From assembly GCA_963827685.1 (NCBI GenBank), contig CAWHBU010000002.1, positions 672,001-736,000 of the forward strand: a stretch of 64,000 bases of DNA, given 5' to 3'. The position numbers were made by a program, and so were the translations under genes. The DNA comes from an uncultured delta proteobacterium. Lineage in GTDB: Bacteria > Desulfobacterota > BSN033 > UBA1163. The first letter of the stretch is position 1. Each line of letters starts with the position of its first letter. The notes beneath the pieces are model-generated. The model had not been told where the DNA came from. It did no database searches and saw only the letters and a program-made list of their open reading frames with translations. Below are positions 29,033 to 38,791 of this stretch, in pieces.

Positions 29033-30196
29033 ATGGACCAGAGGGCTATAGAATATTGCAGCGTCATTCCAACGAATGAATCCCTGACGGAATTTAGAAG
29101 TATTGATCGACGGGAGGGGATTCACCCATCCATTTTTTTATCCAAGGCCCATAGAAGAAAATCAGAGAGGCCGTGTTGTCCTGAGCTCGAGGCGAAGGCA
29201 AGAGCGTTTCAATGGGCACTGAATCGGGTTGCAGGCTGGGGCTTGCCGGGAAAAGAGCACGTTGAGGGCTATTTGCGGGACATGTGTAGGCGGGGTCTCA
29301 GGCCAAAAACGTACTTCAGTAACCTGACCGCAATCTATATTTTTCTCACTCTTATTAGAGGTTCCGGAAAGACCCGTTTGGAGGAGATCACCAAGGATGA
29401 TCTGGAGGTTTTTATTGAACATGAGCAGGATCGGGGGTTAATGATATCGACGGTGCGAACAAGGCTTCACTGTGTCAATGCTTTTTTAGGCTATCTGATT
29501 GAAGCAGGTGCGATTCGTAGTAATGTTCTGGCAAGAAGAATTCGTCTGAGGAAGCCCGAGACCTTACCGAGGGCCATAGATCCGGACGATGTGAAAGCAT
29601 TACTTTCTGTTATCAACAATCCCAGAGACCGGGCCATGGTGATGGTGCTTTTACGGACGGGGATGAGAATCGGTGAATTGCTGAGTACCAGGATGCAGGA
29701 TCTTCACCTCAAGGATCGAAGAGTGGATATCTACGAGGGGGAAAAGAACCGCATCGGAAGAGTGGTTTACCTCAGTGAAGATGCCATGCAGGCTTTGAAA
29801 GCCTGGATCAAGGTGAAGGATTCTCATAAAGTATATCTCTTTTATGCGACGGGCAAGAACGCCATGTCCTATACGACCGCACACCTCATGTTCAAAGGCT
29901 ACCTGACGAAAGCCGGTCTTGCCCATAAGGGGTATTGCCTCCATGCCCTACGACATACGTTTGCCAGTGAGCTTTTAAATGCCGGTATGCGCCTCGAATG
30001 CCTCCAACCGCTGATGGGGCATACCTCTGTGGATGTGACGCGGCGCTATGCGCGGCTCACGGATAAGACCAGAGAGCAAGAGTACTTCAGAGCCATGACG
30101 ATTATAGAAAGGGGGGAGCTGAATGGATCTTACCGACTCGATCATCAGGTACAGGCGTTTCTTGAAGAGAAGGAACGTCTCACCGAATACCGTTAA
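29033..30196 (+). CDS. Tyrosine recombinase A
   Basis: RTGMRIGE, HALRH, MGH, TRRY. Confidence 0.93.
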   Translation: MDQRAIEYCSVIPTNESLTEFRSIDRREGIHPSIFLSKAHRRKSERPCCPELEAKARAFQWALNRVAGWGLPGKEHVEGYLRDMCRRGLRPKTYFSNLTAIYIFLTLIRGSGKTRLEEITKDDLEVFIEHEQDRGLMISTVRTRLHCVNAFLGYLIEAGAIRSNVLARRIRLRKPETLPRAIDPDDVKALLSVINNPRDRAMVMVLLRTGMRIGELLSTRMQDLHLKDRRVDIYEGEKNRIGRVVYLSEDAMQALKAWIKVKDSHKVYLFYATGKNAMSYTTAHLMFKGYLTKAGLAHKGYCLHALRHTFASELLNAGMRLECLQPLMGHTSVDVTRRYARLTDKTREQEYFRAMTIIERGELNGSYRLDHQVQAFLEEKERLTEYR

Positions 30197-31016
30197 GCAC
30201 TATTTAAACAGTCTGAAGCACTTTGTTCTCTGGCTGGATGAGCCGATCGAAAAGGTCACCTACAGAAAGGTTGACGAGTATATGGATGACCTGCTTGGAA
30301 AACGGCTAAAACCTAAGACCGTCAACTGTTATCTCAACAGCATCTGTCAGTTTTACCACTACCTCTGCGAAGAAGAGGGACTCCGGATCGTCAACCCTGT
30401 GAAGAAGCCAAATATCATGAAGCTTCCCAGAGGGCTTCCCAAACATCTGAGAGACGAGCACATAGAGATCCTCTTCAAGCATCTGAAAGGGCGAAGGGAT
30501 CAGGCCATCTTCACGCTCATGCTCCGATGCGGATTACGGGTAGAAGAAGTGGCTCACCTTTCCCTCAGCAATATTGATCTGAAACGCAGAATGCTGCTCA
30601 TCCAGGATGGCAAGGGTGCGAAGGATCGGATTGTCTATCTCAGCAACGATGCCCTTCATGCTCTCCTGGAATATCTAAGGGTGCGACCCGCAAATAAAGT
30701 AAGAAAGGTTTTTCTTGTAGAGAAAGGGCCTCTCAGCGGGCAACCTTTATCCATTCGCGGCATCCAGAAACGGATGGAATATTATGCCCGCAAAACAAAC
30801 TTGAGAATCTCCTGCCACCATCTTCGCCATACGATGGCAACGCAGATGTTGAATGCGGATGCGGACCTCTCTACCATCCAGGATCTTTTGGGGCATAACT
30901 CTATCAGGACGACCCAACGCTACTGCCGGGTATCAAACCTCAAAGTACAGAGAGATTACTACAAAGCCATGGAGGTGATCATGCAACGAACGGCTGGCAA
31001 CCCAAATAATCCTTGA
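30123..31016 (+). CDS. Tyrosine recombinase B (XerC/D-like)
   Basis: RCGLRVEE, GKG, HHLRH, LGH, TQRY; 74-bp overlap with A. Confidence 0.93.
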   Translation: MDLTDSIIRYRRFLKRRNVSPNTVKHYLNSLKHFVLWLDEPIEKVTYRKVDEYMDDLLGKRLKPKTVNCYLNSICQFYHYLCEEEGLRIVNPVKKPNIMKLPRGLPKHLRDEHIEILFKHLKGRRDQAIFTLMLRCGLRVEEVAHLSLSNIDLKRRMLLIQDGKGAKDRIVYLSNDALHALLEYLRVRPANKVRKVFLVEKGPLSGQPLSIRGIQKRMEYYARKTNLRISCHHLRHTMATQMLNADADLSTIQDLLGHNSIRTTQRYCRVSNLKVQRDYYKAMEVIMQRTAGNPNNP

Positions 31017-31269
31017 CATGAGAAAGAAATTATGAAAACTTAAACACTACGCAACATCATAATATCAATAGTAAATACGGATTATGTTACGTATAGGTAG
31101 GTGAAAGTTTCAAGCTGGACTTGTGACTGGCGAGACTTAGGAAGAATGTGGATTTCTTCCTGAAAGAGTGATTTTCAAATCTCGCCACAAAATAGAATCT
31201 TTCAAGCAGTAATCGATACGAATGGAACATAATGGAGGTATGTGGTGTTTCTCATCCTCATAAATTGAT

Positions 31270-31875
31270 CTACTTTCTTATCAGCAGCCATAATCCCCCT
31301 TCAGAGACGATTTCCACTTTTCCCTTCACATTGCTCATCGAGATACCTTGCCATAACTGATCTTCATTTACTTCGATCTTACCGATCTTGAGGTTAAGAT
31401 CCCGTGATCTCTTTCCGATTTTCTTAATCACAGTCTCAGGGGTGAACTTCCCGAACCCTCCACCAATAAACGCCATTCCATTCTTCCTCAGAATCCCAAA
31501 GATCGCTGAAAAGTTGACCTCAAACAAAGAAGGAAAGAAAAAGGCTCCTCGAAAGATGGCCAGATCAATTCTATTTTCGTCTACCCCGCTCAAGGAAGGA
31601 TCTGATTCAATGACCTCGATTTTGTCCTCAGCTTTCTGTTTCCTTGCTTCTTCACGGAAAAAATCGCCCATTCCTGGCGGAAAGGTTGCGATCAAAAAAG
31701 AGCGGCCTATCCCTTGTCTTAGCAAGGCAAAGATTGAACCACAAAAGGGACCTATTTCCAGAATATTTCCGTCTTGACGACCGTAGAGCTCATGGATGTG
31801 TCGTGCTAAATATGGATAAACCGGATCCCAGAGGCGATCAATCTCTTTAATAAGATCTAAATTTACAGATGTCAT
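31270..31875 (-). CDS. Class I SAM-dependent methyltransferase-like protein
   Basis: ILEIGPFCG (degenerate motif I), IDLAIFRG, G.AFIGGGFG. Confidence 0.6.
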   Translation of the reverse strand: MTSVNLDLIKEIDRLWDPVYPYLARHIHELYGRQDGNILEIGPFCGSIFALLRQGIGRSFLIATFPPGMGDFFREEARKQKAEDKIEVIESDPSLSGVDENRIDLAIFRGAFFFPSLFEVNFSAIFGILRKNGMAFIGGGFGKFTPETVIKKIGKRSRDLNLKIGKIEVNEDQLWQGISMSNVKGKVEIVSEGGLWLLIRK

Positions 31876-31945
31876 AAGATACCCCTTTTAGGTCCCCTAG
31901 TCACATCCTTTCTCTGTTTTGCTCTTAAAAACTTTCTTCGTTGTA

Positions 31946-32797
31946 TTATAGAGAAGGCTCGGTGATCAGCCGAAGTACAGCCTGTTCTAATCGCTCCTGG
32001 AAGGTCTTCCCCTCATGGTTCATGATGGACCGAGCCAACAGGGAGAGAGTCTCCTGCTCCCTTTTGGAAAGCCATGCGTAGGCTTCATTCCATTGATTTC
32101 TGAGGGCTTGAGCCTCTTCAATTCCGGCGGAAATCAATCCCTCGATAGGAAGAAGTGTTTTAAGGAAAGCCGCAAAAGCTATTTTCCTCAGGGGAGGAGA
32201 GCCTTGAACGACCTCCCAGATACGGTGCTCCTCTTCAGTATCGGAAATGATGTGCTTGAGAAGGACCTGCTGGCTGAAACCAAGGCCTATTTTGGCAAGC
32301 CACTGCATCACTTCCCGATCTTTAATGGCCACTGAGAGGAGGTAGACACTTTGTTGAAGAAGGGATAGATTAAAACCACAGGAAATTCCCGCCTCCTGAA
32401 GCTTGCTTGAGAAACGAAAGGTGTAGAATTCCAGGGTGCCGTGGTGTAAGGCATGGCCGATCTCATGGTGAATAACACCCTGAATGATCACGCTAGGGAT
32501 TCCTATCAGCCTTTCTTCGCAAACATGAATCCTCGGATAACCTCTCCATGCGTCATGGGTGGCCAGGAAATCCGTCTCTTCTCCCGTCACAATGCCGAGT
32601 TCCTTCTTTTCTCTCTGACAGAAGGCTTGAAATTCCTTCATCGTCTTCCAAATCCTTACGCACAGAAGAGGAGGCGGAGATGGAAACTCTGCCATTTCCA
32701 GAACCTCGTTGGCCCACAATCGAACCTGGGTCAAGAAGCTCTCGTCTATCTTCTCGTGGGCTACCATTTGAATCTGCGTGCCCATTCGACAACTCAT
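31946..32797 (-). CDS. Hypothetical protein with HExxH motif (possible metallopeptidase)
   Basis: IHHEIGHALHH. Confidence 0.65.
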   Translation of the reverse strand: MSCRMGTQIQMVAHEKIDESFLTQVRLWANEVLEMAEFPSPPPLLCVRIWKTMKEFQAFCQREKKELGIVTGEETDFLATHDAWRGYPRIHVCEERLIGIPSVIIQGVIHHEIGHALHHGTLEFYTFRFSSKLQEAGISCGFNLSLLQQSVYLLSVAIKDREVMQWLAKIGLGFSQQVLLKHIISDTEEEHRIWEVVQGSPPLRKIAFAAFLKTLLPIEGLISAGIEEAQALRNQWNEAYAWLSKREQETLSLLARSIMNHEGKTFQERLEQAVLRLITEPSL

Positions 32798-32915
32798 CTC
32801 CTTTTATCCGGGATATGGGGGCCAATATGACCAAAGGGAGTCTGACAAAGAACGGTGGAGAGACCGGTTCCCCGAAGGAAATGGTAGACCTCTACCATCT
32901 CCTGATAGGAAGGTT

Positions 32916-34361
32916 GAGTCAATACCTTTTTTAGTTGAAATTCGATAATGGCTCCTTGTTGAGTTCATCAGGCCGCCTCCGCCACCTTCGGCATTTCTTG
33001 TTTTCCTCCCTGTCTCGCAATCTCCCTCTGGATAGAAATTCTTAACTGTGGAAGATATCTGTAACCCTTGACCTTTCTAAGTCTCGGCTCAATATCTAAA
33101 AGGGCTGCGGCTAACCACCGATGCTTCTGATCACTATTCTTCCAATAATCGACCTTGTCGGTCTTCTGACCAATGAGCGCCATCAAGGATTCGATACAGT
33201 TCGTGGTTTTAAAGCTGATTCCACATTCTCTAAGGAGTCCCAAACGATGCAGCGTCAAGGTCTCTTCACATCCTTCGTCTAAACTATTGACCGCCGATCG
33301 GTTGAGCAGCTGCAGTTCCTTACGAATCTTTAACAGTCTCTCCTTCGCCCTTTCATAGATGGGCTCCTCATAGGCCTCTTGAAGCTTCCGCCTCATCGAA
33401 GCCTGCATCGCCTTCGGAAGATAACTCACCACATTCTCCCGCTTGTGCCACTGGCATCGCTGCACCAAGGCTTTATTCCCAAAAACTTCATACACCGCTT
33501 TCCTCAACCCTTTCGATCCATCAATCACACATAAAAACCCTTCTTCCATCTCTAGCCCACGCTCCAGCAACCCCTGGAGCATTTCCCGGCCAACCCGCTC
33601 ATTCTCCGTCCCCGCCTGAATAAATCCTAAAAGAATCTTCTCCCCTTTGACGGTAATCCCCAATACCAAAATCATCTCATCTGCACCAAAACTCTTCCCA
33701 TCCAGAATCAATGCTACAAAATCATACCCCTCCAATCGACGCTCGCAAAGCTCCTTGAGCGCTTTTGCGCTGACTCGAATGTATCGCCTCGAAATCGTCG
33801 AACCACTCAAACCAAAAGCCTCCGGCACCGCTTCCGCACACTCCTCATAGTTCCGACAACTTAATCCATGGAGAACTCGTCTCAATACCCCTTCATCTGC
33901 CCCACGAGGCTCCTGTAACCGCTCATAACTCTTTAACCGTACCTCTTTCCCCCCACGCCTATCTCTCACCCTTGGCACCAAGATCGGAAGCTTCTGATCC
34001 GATAGATAAACTGACCCCCCTTGGCTCCCCCAACGATCATACCCAGGAACCCCCCGGCGCTTATATCTTTCCCCAGCTAAACTTCTGACTTCTTCCTCCA
34101 AAACCTCCTTCACATGCCACAACCCTACGGGGATCAATGCCTGGATTAACTCTATCTTCATATCCACATCCATCTGCTTCAATCCCCTATCACAAATCTC
34201 TTTCACCCGCGCCCGCCTAACCTTGACACCTCTACCAATCCGTAATATCTTCTCCATCACTGGCTCCTTTCTTGGTGGTTTTTCTTTTTCTTCCCAAAGT
34301 AAGAGATTACCACCATTTTAGGAGCCACTTCTCAAATTTCAACTAAATTTAGCACACCCTC
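32916..34361 (-). mobile_element. IS256-family insertion sequence (1446 bp), 8-bp target duplication GGAAGGTT
   Basis: 27-bp imperfect IRs GAG...TTTAGTTGAAATT; GGAAGGTT at 32908-32915 and 34362-34369. Confidence 0.93.
32968..34260 (-). CDS. IS256/Mutator family DDE transposase
   Basis: VPRVRDR, LDG, IDGSKGL, QRCQWH, TTNCIES. Confidence 0.93.
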   Translation of the reverse strand: MMEKILRIGRGVKVRRARVKEICDRGLKQMDVDMKIELIQALIPVGLWHVKEVLEEEVRSLAGERYKRRGVPGYDRWGSQGGSVYLSDQKLPILVPRVRDRRGGKEVRLKSYERLQEPRGADEGVLRRVLHGLSCRNYEECAEAVPEAFGLSGSTISRRYIRVSAKALKELCERRLEGYDFVALILDGKSFGADEMILVLGITVKGEKILLGFIQAGTENERVGREMLQGLLERGLEMEEGFLCVIDGSKGLRKAVYEVFGNKALVQRCQWHKRENVVSYLPKAMQASMRRKLQEAYEEPIYERAKERLLKIRKELQLLNRSAVNSLDEGCEETLTLHRLGLLRECGISFKTTNCIESLMALIGQKTDKVDYWKNSDQKHRWLAAALLDIEPRLRKVKGYRYLPQLRISIQREIARQGGKQEMPKVAEAA

Positions 34362-34690
34362 GGAAGGTTTGCCATCGAGGTAAATGGTGATGGTTTCCCA
34401 CGAAGGTCTTTCTTCCATTTTTACAGGTCATAAGGGCATGAGACATGACACGCTTGACAGCCGACGCAAGACACATACCGGCAAATCCACTTTCCACAAT
34501 ATTGGCAATCTTGACAGAGATTAGGATCTCTTTTTGAAATCTAAGGGGCCATAGCTGAAAATGATTTTATCACCCATTTGAGATGAAGTCATCTCTCGTT
34601 ATATAATGTTTATCGGCAAGGCATTCTGCAACGAATGGGCTGGAGAGATTACAGTACGTTTAGTTAAGGTTAAGTTTTTCTGAACTATCT

Positions 34691-35293
34691 ATGCCTCTTT
34701 ACTCCTTTACCAGTGATTTAAGCTACAGTGTTTTAGAGTTGTATTCTGAAATGGATAGACAAACGGCCGAATTCCGGAATGCAACTGGACTACGCTGTCT
34801 TCCCAGTTGTGGGCAATGTTGTGAATCTGCTCCGCCTGAAGCCACAGTGATCGAACTGCTTCCTGCGGCAGAGGAATTATTTTCTAGAGGAGAGGCCCAA
34901 CAATGGCTGGAACGCATTGCATCGGTTCGAGAGACTGGGAGATGCGTATTCTTCCAGCCGGACCCTTTGATCCCAGGAAATGGTCATTGTCAGTTATACG
35001 CGTTTCGGCCATCGGTATGCCGTCTGTTTGCCTTCGCAGCGATGAAAAATAAAAATGGAAAGCCAGAACTACTGACCTGCCGTCGCCAGAAAGAGCAGAT
35101 ACCTTTTCCTGTTAAAGGAGCCCAGGAAGCAATTTCGGGAGGAATGGCTGTCCCAAGTTTCGATTACTTTTTCTTTAAGATGGTAGCCCTTGAACTATCG
35201 CTCGGAAGGCAGCGGGTACCTATCAACCGGGCTCTTCATCTCGCCTTGGAAAAATATGGGCTCACGGTTCAACTGATGGAAGCAAATGGCTAG
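34691..35293 (+). CDS. YkgJ/CxxCxxCC cysteine-cluster protein
   Basis: CLPSCGQCC, CVFF, CQLYAFRPSVCRLF. Confidence 0.88.
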   Translation: MPLYSFTSDLSYSVLELYSEMDRQTAEFRNATGLRCLPSCGQCCESAPPEATVIELLPAAEELFSRGEAQQWLERIASVRETGRCVFFQPDPLIPGNGHCQLYAFRPSVCRLFAFAAMKNKNGKPELLTCRRQKEQIPFPVKGAQEAISGGMAVPSFDYFFFKMVALELSLGRQRVPINRALHLALEKYGLTVQLMEANG

Positions 35294-35489
35294 AAATCCA
35301 GGGGAAGAAATGATAGATTAAGGCTTGGTGGAAGTCAGGGTCATAAACATCTCTGCCTTTTTTATGCACATTTCAACTAGAAATCGTTACCTTTCAGAGT
35401 AGCCTTAGAGTGAAGACTCGTAGGTGTAACTTTCAGATCAGGATTTATCTTGTCACTACCCATCAAAATCAGCATTGGTCAGGATAGAT

Positions 35490-36119
35490 TTAGGGTTTCT
35501 CATCCTGTGACTTACCACTAAGTGCCTTTTGTGCCTCGATTTCCTTCGTCCGCTTCACCGCTAACTTCACGAGGTAGACAATTTTCGGGCTCAACTCCGG
35601 AGCAGTTAAGGTCCTATTTATCTGGCCCTGCTCTTCCTCCTCTTTATCCCTGTGCTTTCCATTACCGAGGAGGCCCAAATTCTTGGCCATGTTGGTAAGA
35701 GAAGGATTCGGGTCCCATAACCGGACCTTTTTGGTATAACCAACAAGAATACGGTTCTCCCCTTTTCCCTGATATTCCTCAAAGGTCTCAACTCCCGCTA
35801 CTGCGGGTCCTATCTCGTCCGGCCATTCATGGGGAGGCAACAAGGTCCCATCAGGCCGATAAAGCTTCCGGATGTCAGCAAAACCAATTCGTGCCATCCT
35901 GGTCAACACTTCTACGGCATGGACCCCGATCTTCCGTAGGCGTTCTTCCATTGCACGATCTAAAGCTTGCCGAACTGTAGGAATCTGTAGGAGTTGATAA
36001 GCCATTTCAGACGCTCTCTTAGGGGAATACCCCGCCTTGATAGCCGCCTTGGTTCCATTAAAGTTTGTTTGATATTCGGCTACGAAAAGCCTTTGTTTTC
36101 TGGTAAGTTTAGCACGCAT
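35490..36119 (-). CDS. terS: Terminase small subunit
   Basis: LTRKQRLFVAEY..NGTKAAIKAGYS, IGFADIRKLY. Confidence 0.9.
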   Translation of the reverse strand: MRAKLTRKQRLFVAEYQTNFNGTKAAIKAGYSPKRASEMAYQLLQIPTVRQALDRAMEERLRKIGVHAVEVLTRMARIGFADIRKLYRPDGTLLPPHEWPDEIGPAVAGVETFEEYQGKGENRILVGYTKKVRLWDPNPSLTNMAKNLGLLGNGKHRDKEEEEQGQINRTLTAPELSPKIVYLVKLAVKRTKEIEAQKALSGKSQDEKP

Positions 36120-36268
36120 CTTGTCTCCGCAAATCGGGCAATCAGATAGTCAAAAGATGAAGTTTTGTGAAGTAGCTGGTGCTCCCGATGGGCCGACAGA
36201 ATTCGGTAGTTTCAGGGTATTCTATGGCCTTTTTTACTGAGGCTTTCTGCAGTTGCTTCACCCGCGCG

Positions 36269-36472
36269 TTATTGTTTAACAACCTCGTTCTCATTTTGTT
36301 TTACAGACTCCTTCTGATTTTGTTTAACAACAACCTCCCATCCAGCCGCTATGAGCCGATAGAGAAAGAGTGTCAAAGTCTCCTGCCTCTTTTGGGCCTC
36401 TTCTAAGATCCGTTGCTTGGCGGCGGGAGGGACTCGAATCGCTATTATCTGCGTCCTTCTTTCTTTGCTCAT
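36269..36472 (-). CDS. Small RHH-like DNA-binding protein
   Basis: RTQIIAIRV..K..I..A, C-terminal VKQ repeats. Confidence 0.55.
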   Translation of the reverse strand: MSKERRTQIIAIRVPPAAKQRILEEAQKRQETLTLFLYRLIAAGWEVVVKQNQKESVKQNENEVVKQ

Positions 36473-36477
36473 TCCCC

Positions 36478-36981
36478 CTAAAACCTCCTTTTGAATAATT
36501 GTTTACCTATCTTGGGATCGACACCAATTCTTAAGAACAACCCGTCAAATCTATGGCTTTCTTTTGAGCTTTCATAGGTGAGGTTATAGCAGTGCCGGCA
36601 ACCAAAATACTTACCGCCACCCAGATAAAGGACACCTACTCGGCGGTTACAAACTCTGCCATTGACCACCAAAGGACAAAGAAACCACCACCTACGGCCG
36701 CCGAAATTACAGGGAGTCCAATCAAGCGGTGCCTTATAATCAAGCTTAGTCTTATCGCCGGTGTGCCTGTCGGTTTGCGTGTATTGAAAGCGGATATATT
36801 CATCGCCTTCGACCGTTGAGACCATAAAGCCGATGCTTCCTGTTTTCTCACCTGCCCGGCTCCAGTTCATCCCGCCCCAGCGAATATCGCCGTTAAAGTA
36901 ATTGTGTTTGTTAAGGAATTTTGTCGTGATTGATTTGCATTCCTCAACCGTCCATCTGTCTGAATATGACCGTCTACCCAT
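36478..36981 (-). CDS. Zn-finger hypothetical protein typical of integrated elements
   Basis: TPCNFGGRRWWFLCP...CNRR...FGCRHCYNLTYES. Confidence 0.8.
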   Translation of the reverse strand: MGRRSYSDRWTVEECKSITTKFLNKHNYFNGDIRWGGMNWSRAGEKTGSIGFMVSTVEGDEYIRFQYTQTDRHTGDKTKLDYKAPLDWTPCNFGGRRWWFLCPLVVNGRVCNRRVGVLYLGGGKYFGCRHCYNLTYESSKESHRFDGLFLRIGVDPKIGKQLFKRRF

Positions 36982-37592
36982 AAAATGTTTCTCTCTTTTC
37001 TTTTCCTAAATCATTAAGAAAAGTGTAGGTATAACTTTTCCTCTATCATTGTTTAACAGTCCTCATCCGGTCCGTATCTTATGAATCATGTGAATCATGT
37101 CCAGTCTCTTTTCCAGAGGAATTTTCTATTTCCGTTAATCACCAGTAATTCACAAGCAATCTGGGAGAAAGAGTATCCCGGGGAGTGGACGCTGCGGAGT
37201 GTTCCAGACGTCTGAAGATCTACGTGGTTCATAAGCGATTTTGAGGCCACAAAGGCCATTTAACCATTACCCCGCCCCTTTACCCCTACAACCCCCCGTG
37301 AGACTACCCCATTTGTAAGCCTTTCTAACCCCTTCCTGATAGCGTAGGAGGGGGTTTAAACGGGTCCTGACGGTGTGTGTGTCTGGGAAATCACCAGGGA
37401 GTTACTTCAATCGGTGTGGATCCCTATCTTCTGGAGACGCTCATCCGTCTGCTTTTTAATCGCCTCTAAAACCCAACTTTTACCAACCAGATGGTTAGCA
37501 ATTACCTCGGCAGTCTTGGCACTACCAACCCAACTCTTTGGTACTCCTGAATAAGCTGAAGTCAAGCCACGTCACCATGGCTTCCTCCCAGT

Positions 37593-37952
37593 CTAAGGCT
37601 CCGATTCTGTTGTTTCTGTCTGCGGCTGCGATCTCGGCAGGCTCGACAGCCAGTCTCTCATCTTCTGTTGGAACTCTGACGGGAGCTGCTTTCTCACCCG
37701 GCTCTCCACCGGAGGGCTGATCACTTCTTCGAACGCTGCCTCGGCGGCCTGGCTTGGGTTCTGCCCCCTTTTCTCCCTCGCCTGCTGGTTTAGCCAAGCC
37801 TGTTTCACCTTCATGCACAGTAGTTCCAGGAGCCTGTTTGGATCCTGCAGGAAGAGCTTTTCCACCTCCTGCGGGCGGTTCTCCATGAACCACTCCAGGC
37901 GGTCCGAGATCCACGGGTCGTCCCAGTATATTTTCATCTCGTCTGGACTCAC
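37593..37952 (-). CDS. Hypothetical protein
   Basis: 119-aa ORF, RBS GGAGG before GTG. Confidence 0.55.
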   Translation of the reverse strand: MSPDEMKIYWDDPWISDRLEWFMENRPQEVEKLFLQDPNRLLELLCMKVKQAWLNQQAREKRGQNPSQAAEAAFEEVISPPVESRVRKQLPSEFQQKMRDWLSSLPRSQPQTETTESEP

Positions 37953-38194
37953 CTGAAATCGCCTCCGTTACCTACCGATACCAGATGATCATGGGACCCC
38001 CCTCTCGGATCCGCAGAAAATCGACCAGTTGCAATTAAATTGCAATCCCAAGGGAGAGAAAAGGGTAGGGGTAGTGTCACTCAGTTCCAATAGGTACCGC
38101 GTGGCGATTCTTTTTTCCCCCAGAAGTCGCTCCCTTCGCCCTTTCTGTCTGCCTGAGTATTTCTCCCATCTTGCGCTCTGCTTCGCCACTCTCT

Positions 38195-38253
38195 TGTAGG
38201 CAGTTGTAGATCATGTAGACACTCTGTAGACAAAATGTAGTCACCTTGTAGAC
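38195..38253 (+). repeat. Six phased TGTAG motifs
   Basis: Starts at 38195, 38205, 38214, 38225, 38236, 38247. Confidence 0.75.
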
Positions 38254-38700
38254 AGATTTTCCTCATTGTTCAATCCCTTTCATTGATGAGGGATTTTCCG
38301 GTTGACGCTCTAATCCATGCCCCGAATGTGTTGGAGGCTCCCCATGGGATCTGACTTCTCCTGGCCCCGAGTTGCAACCAATTGCAAGTCACGCATTAAC
38401 CTGGATCCCTTCCTTCTCTTCAGGATGCTTATCGAGAATGTCCACCATGGTGGACAAACAGAAATTCTACCGACCAATGAACGTCAAACCCGTGCATTAT
38501 CTAAAATTCCCCCCGGGCAACAAATAGAGGTCTGGCAGAAAGCTGTCGAAACTGCACCAAGCCAGTTTATTGATAGGGTTATCGGGTTACCCTCCTTCTC
38601 TTTTAAGCGACTATTTCCTTGCCCACATCGACCGGGCCGTCAAAATTTTTTTTTGATTTTTGATTTTTTGTGGTCGCCACATGAATCCATACCCCTTACT

Positions 38701-38750
38701 CCCAAACCTAACCCTAAAACCTAAACCTAAACCTAAAATCTAAACCTAAA
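38701..38750 (+). repeat. Degenerate (CCTAAA)n tandem repeat downstream of rep
   Basis: About eight imperfect units. Confidence 0.8.
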
Positions 38751-38791
38751 AGAGGAGGAGGTTTCACCACCCATACAAGACTACACACCAG

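Larger units (their letters stand above)
28942..31096 (+). mobile_element. 2155-bp element with two tyrosine recombinases, 12-bp terminal IRs and 7-bp flanking direct repeat
   Basis: CTATACGTAACA (28942) / TGTTACGTATAG (31085); GTAGGTG at 28935-28941 and 31097-31103. Confidence 0.85.
32794..34552 (-). pseudogene. Decayed 4Fe-4S/radical-SAM-like gene split by IS256
   Basis: 34552-34362: MAP*ISKRDPNLCQDCQYC..CVGCQACHVSCP, then a frameshift to VKMEERP..IYLDGKPS. 32907-32794: YQEMVEVYHFLRGTGLSTVLCQTPFGHIGP, with the stop overlapping the next ATG. Confidence 0.6.

Noticed and set aside
34541-34543. In-frame TAG as pyrrolysine
   Set aside because: The same gene has a frameshift and an IS insertion, so decay is the simpler explanation
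38317-38724. Intact gene
   Set aside because: Only the LPTNERQTRAL...WQKAVETAP stretch looks protein-like, and the end runs into the tandem repeat; probably a remnant
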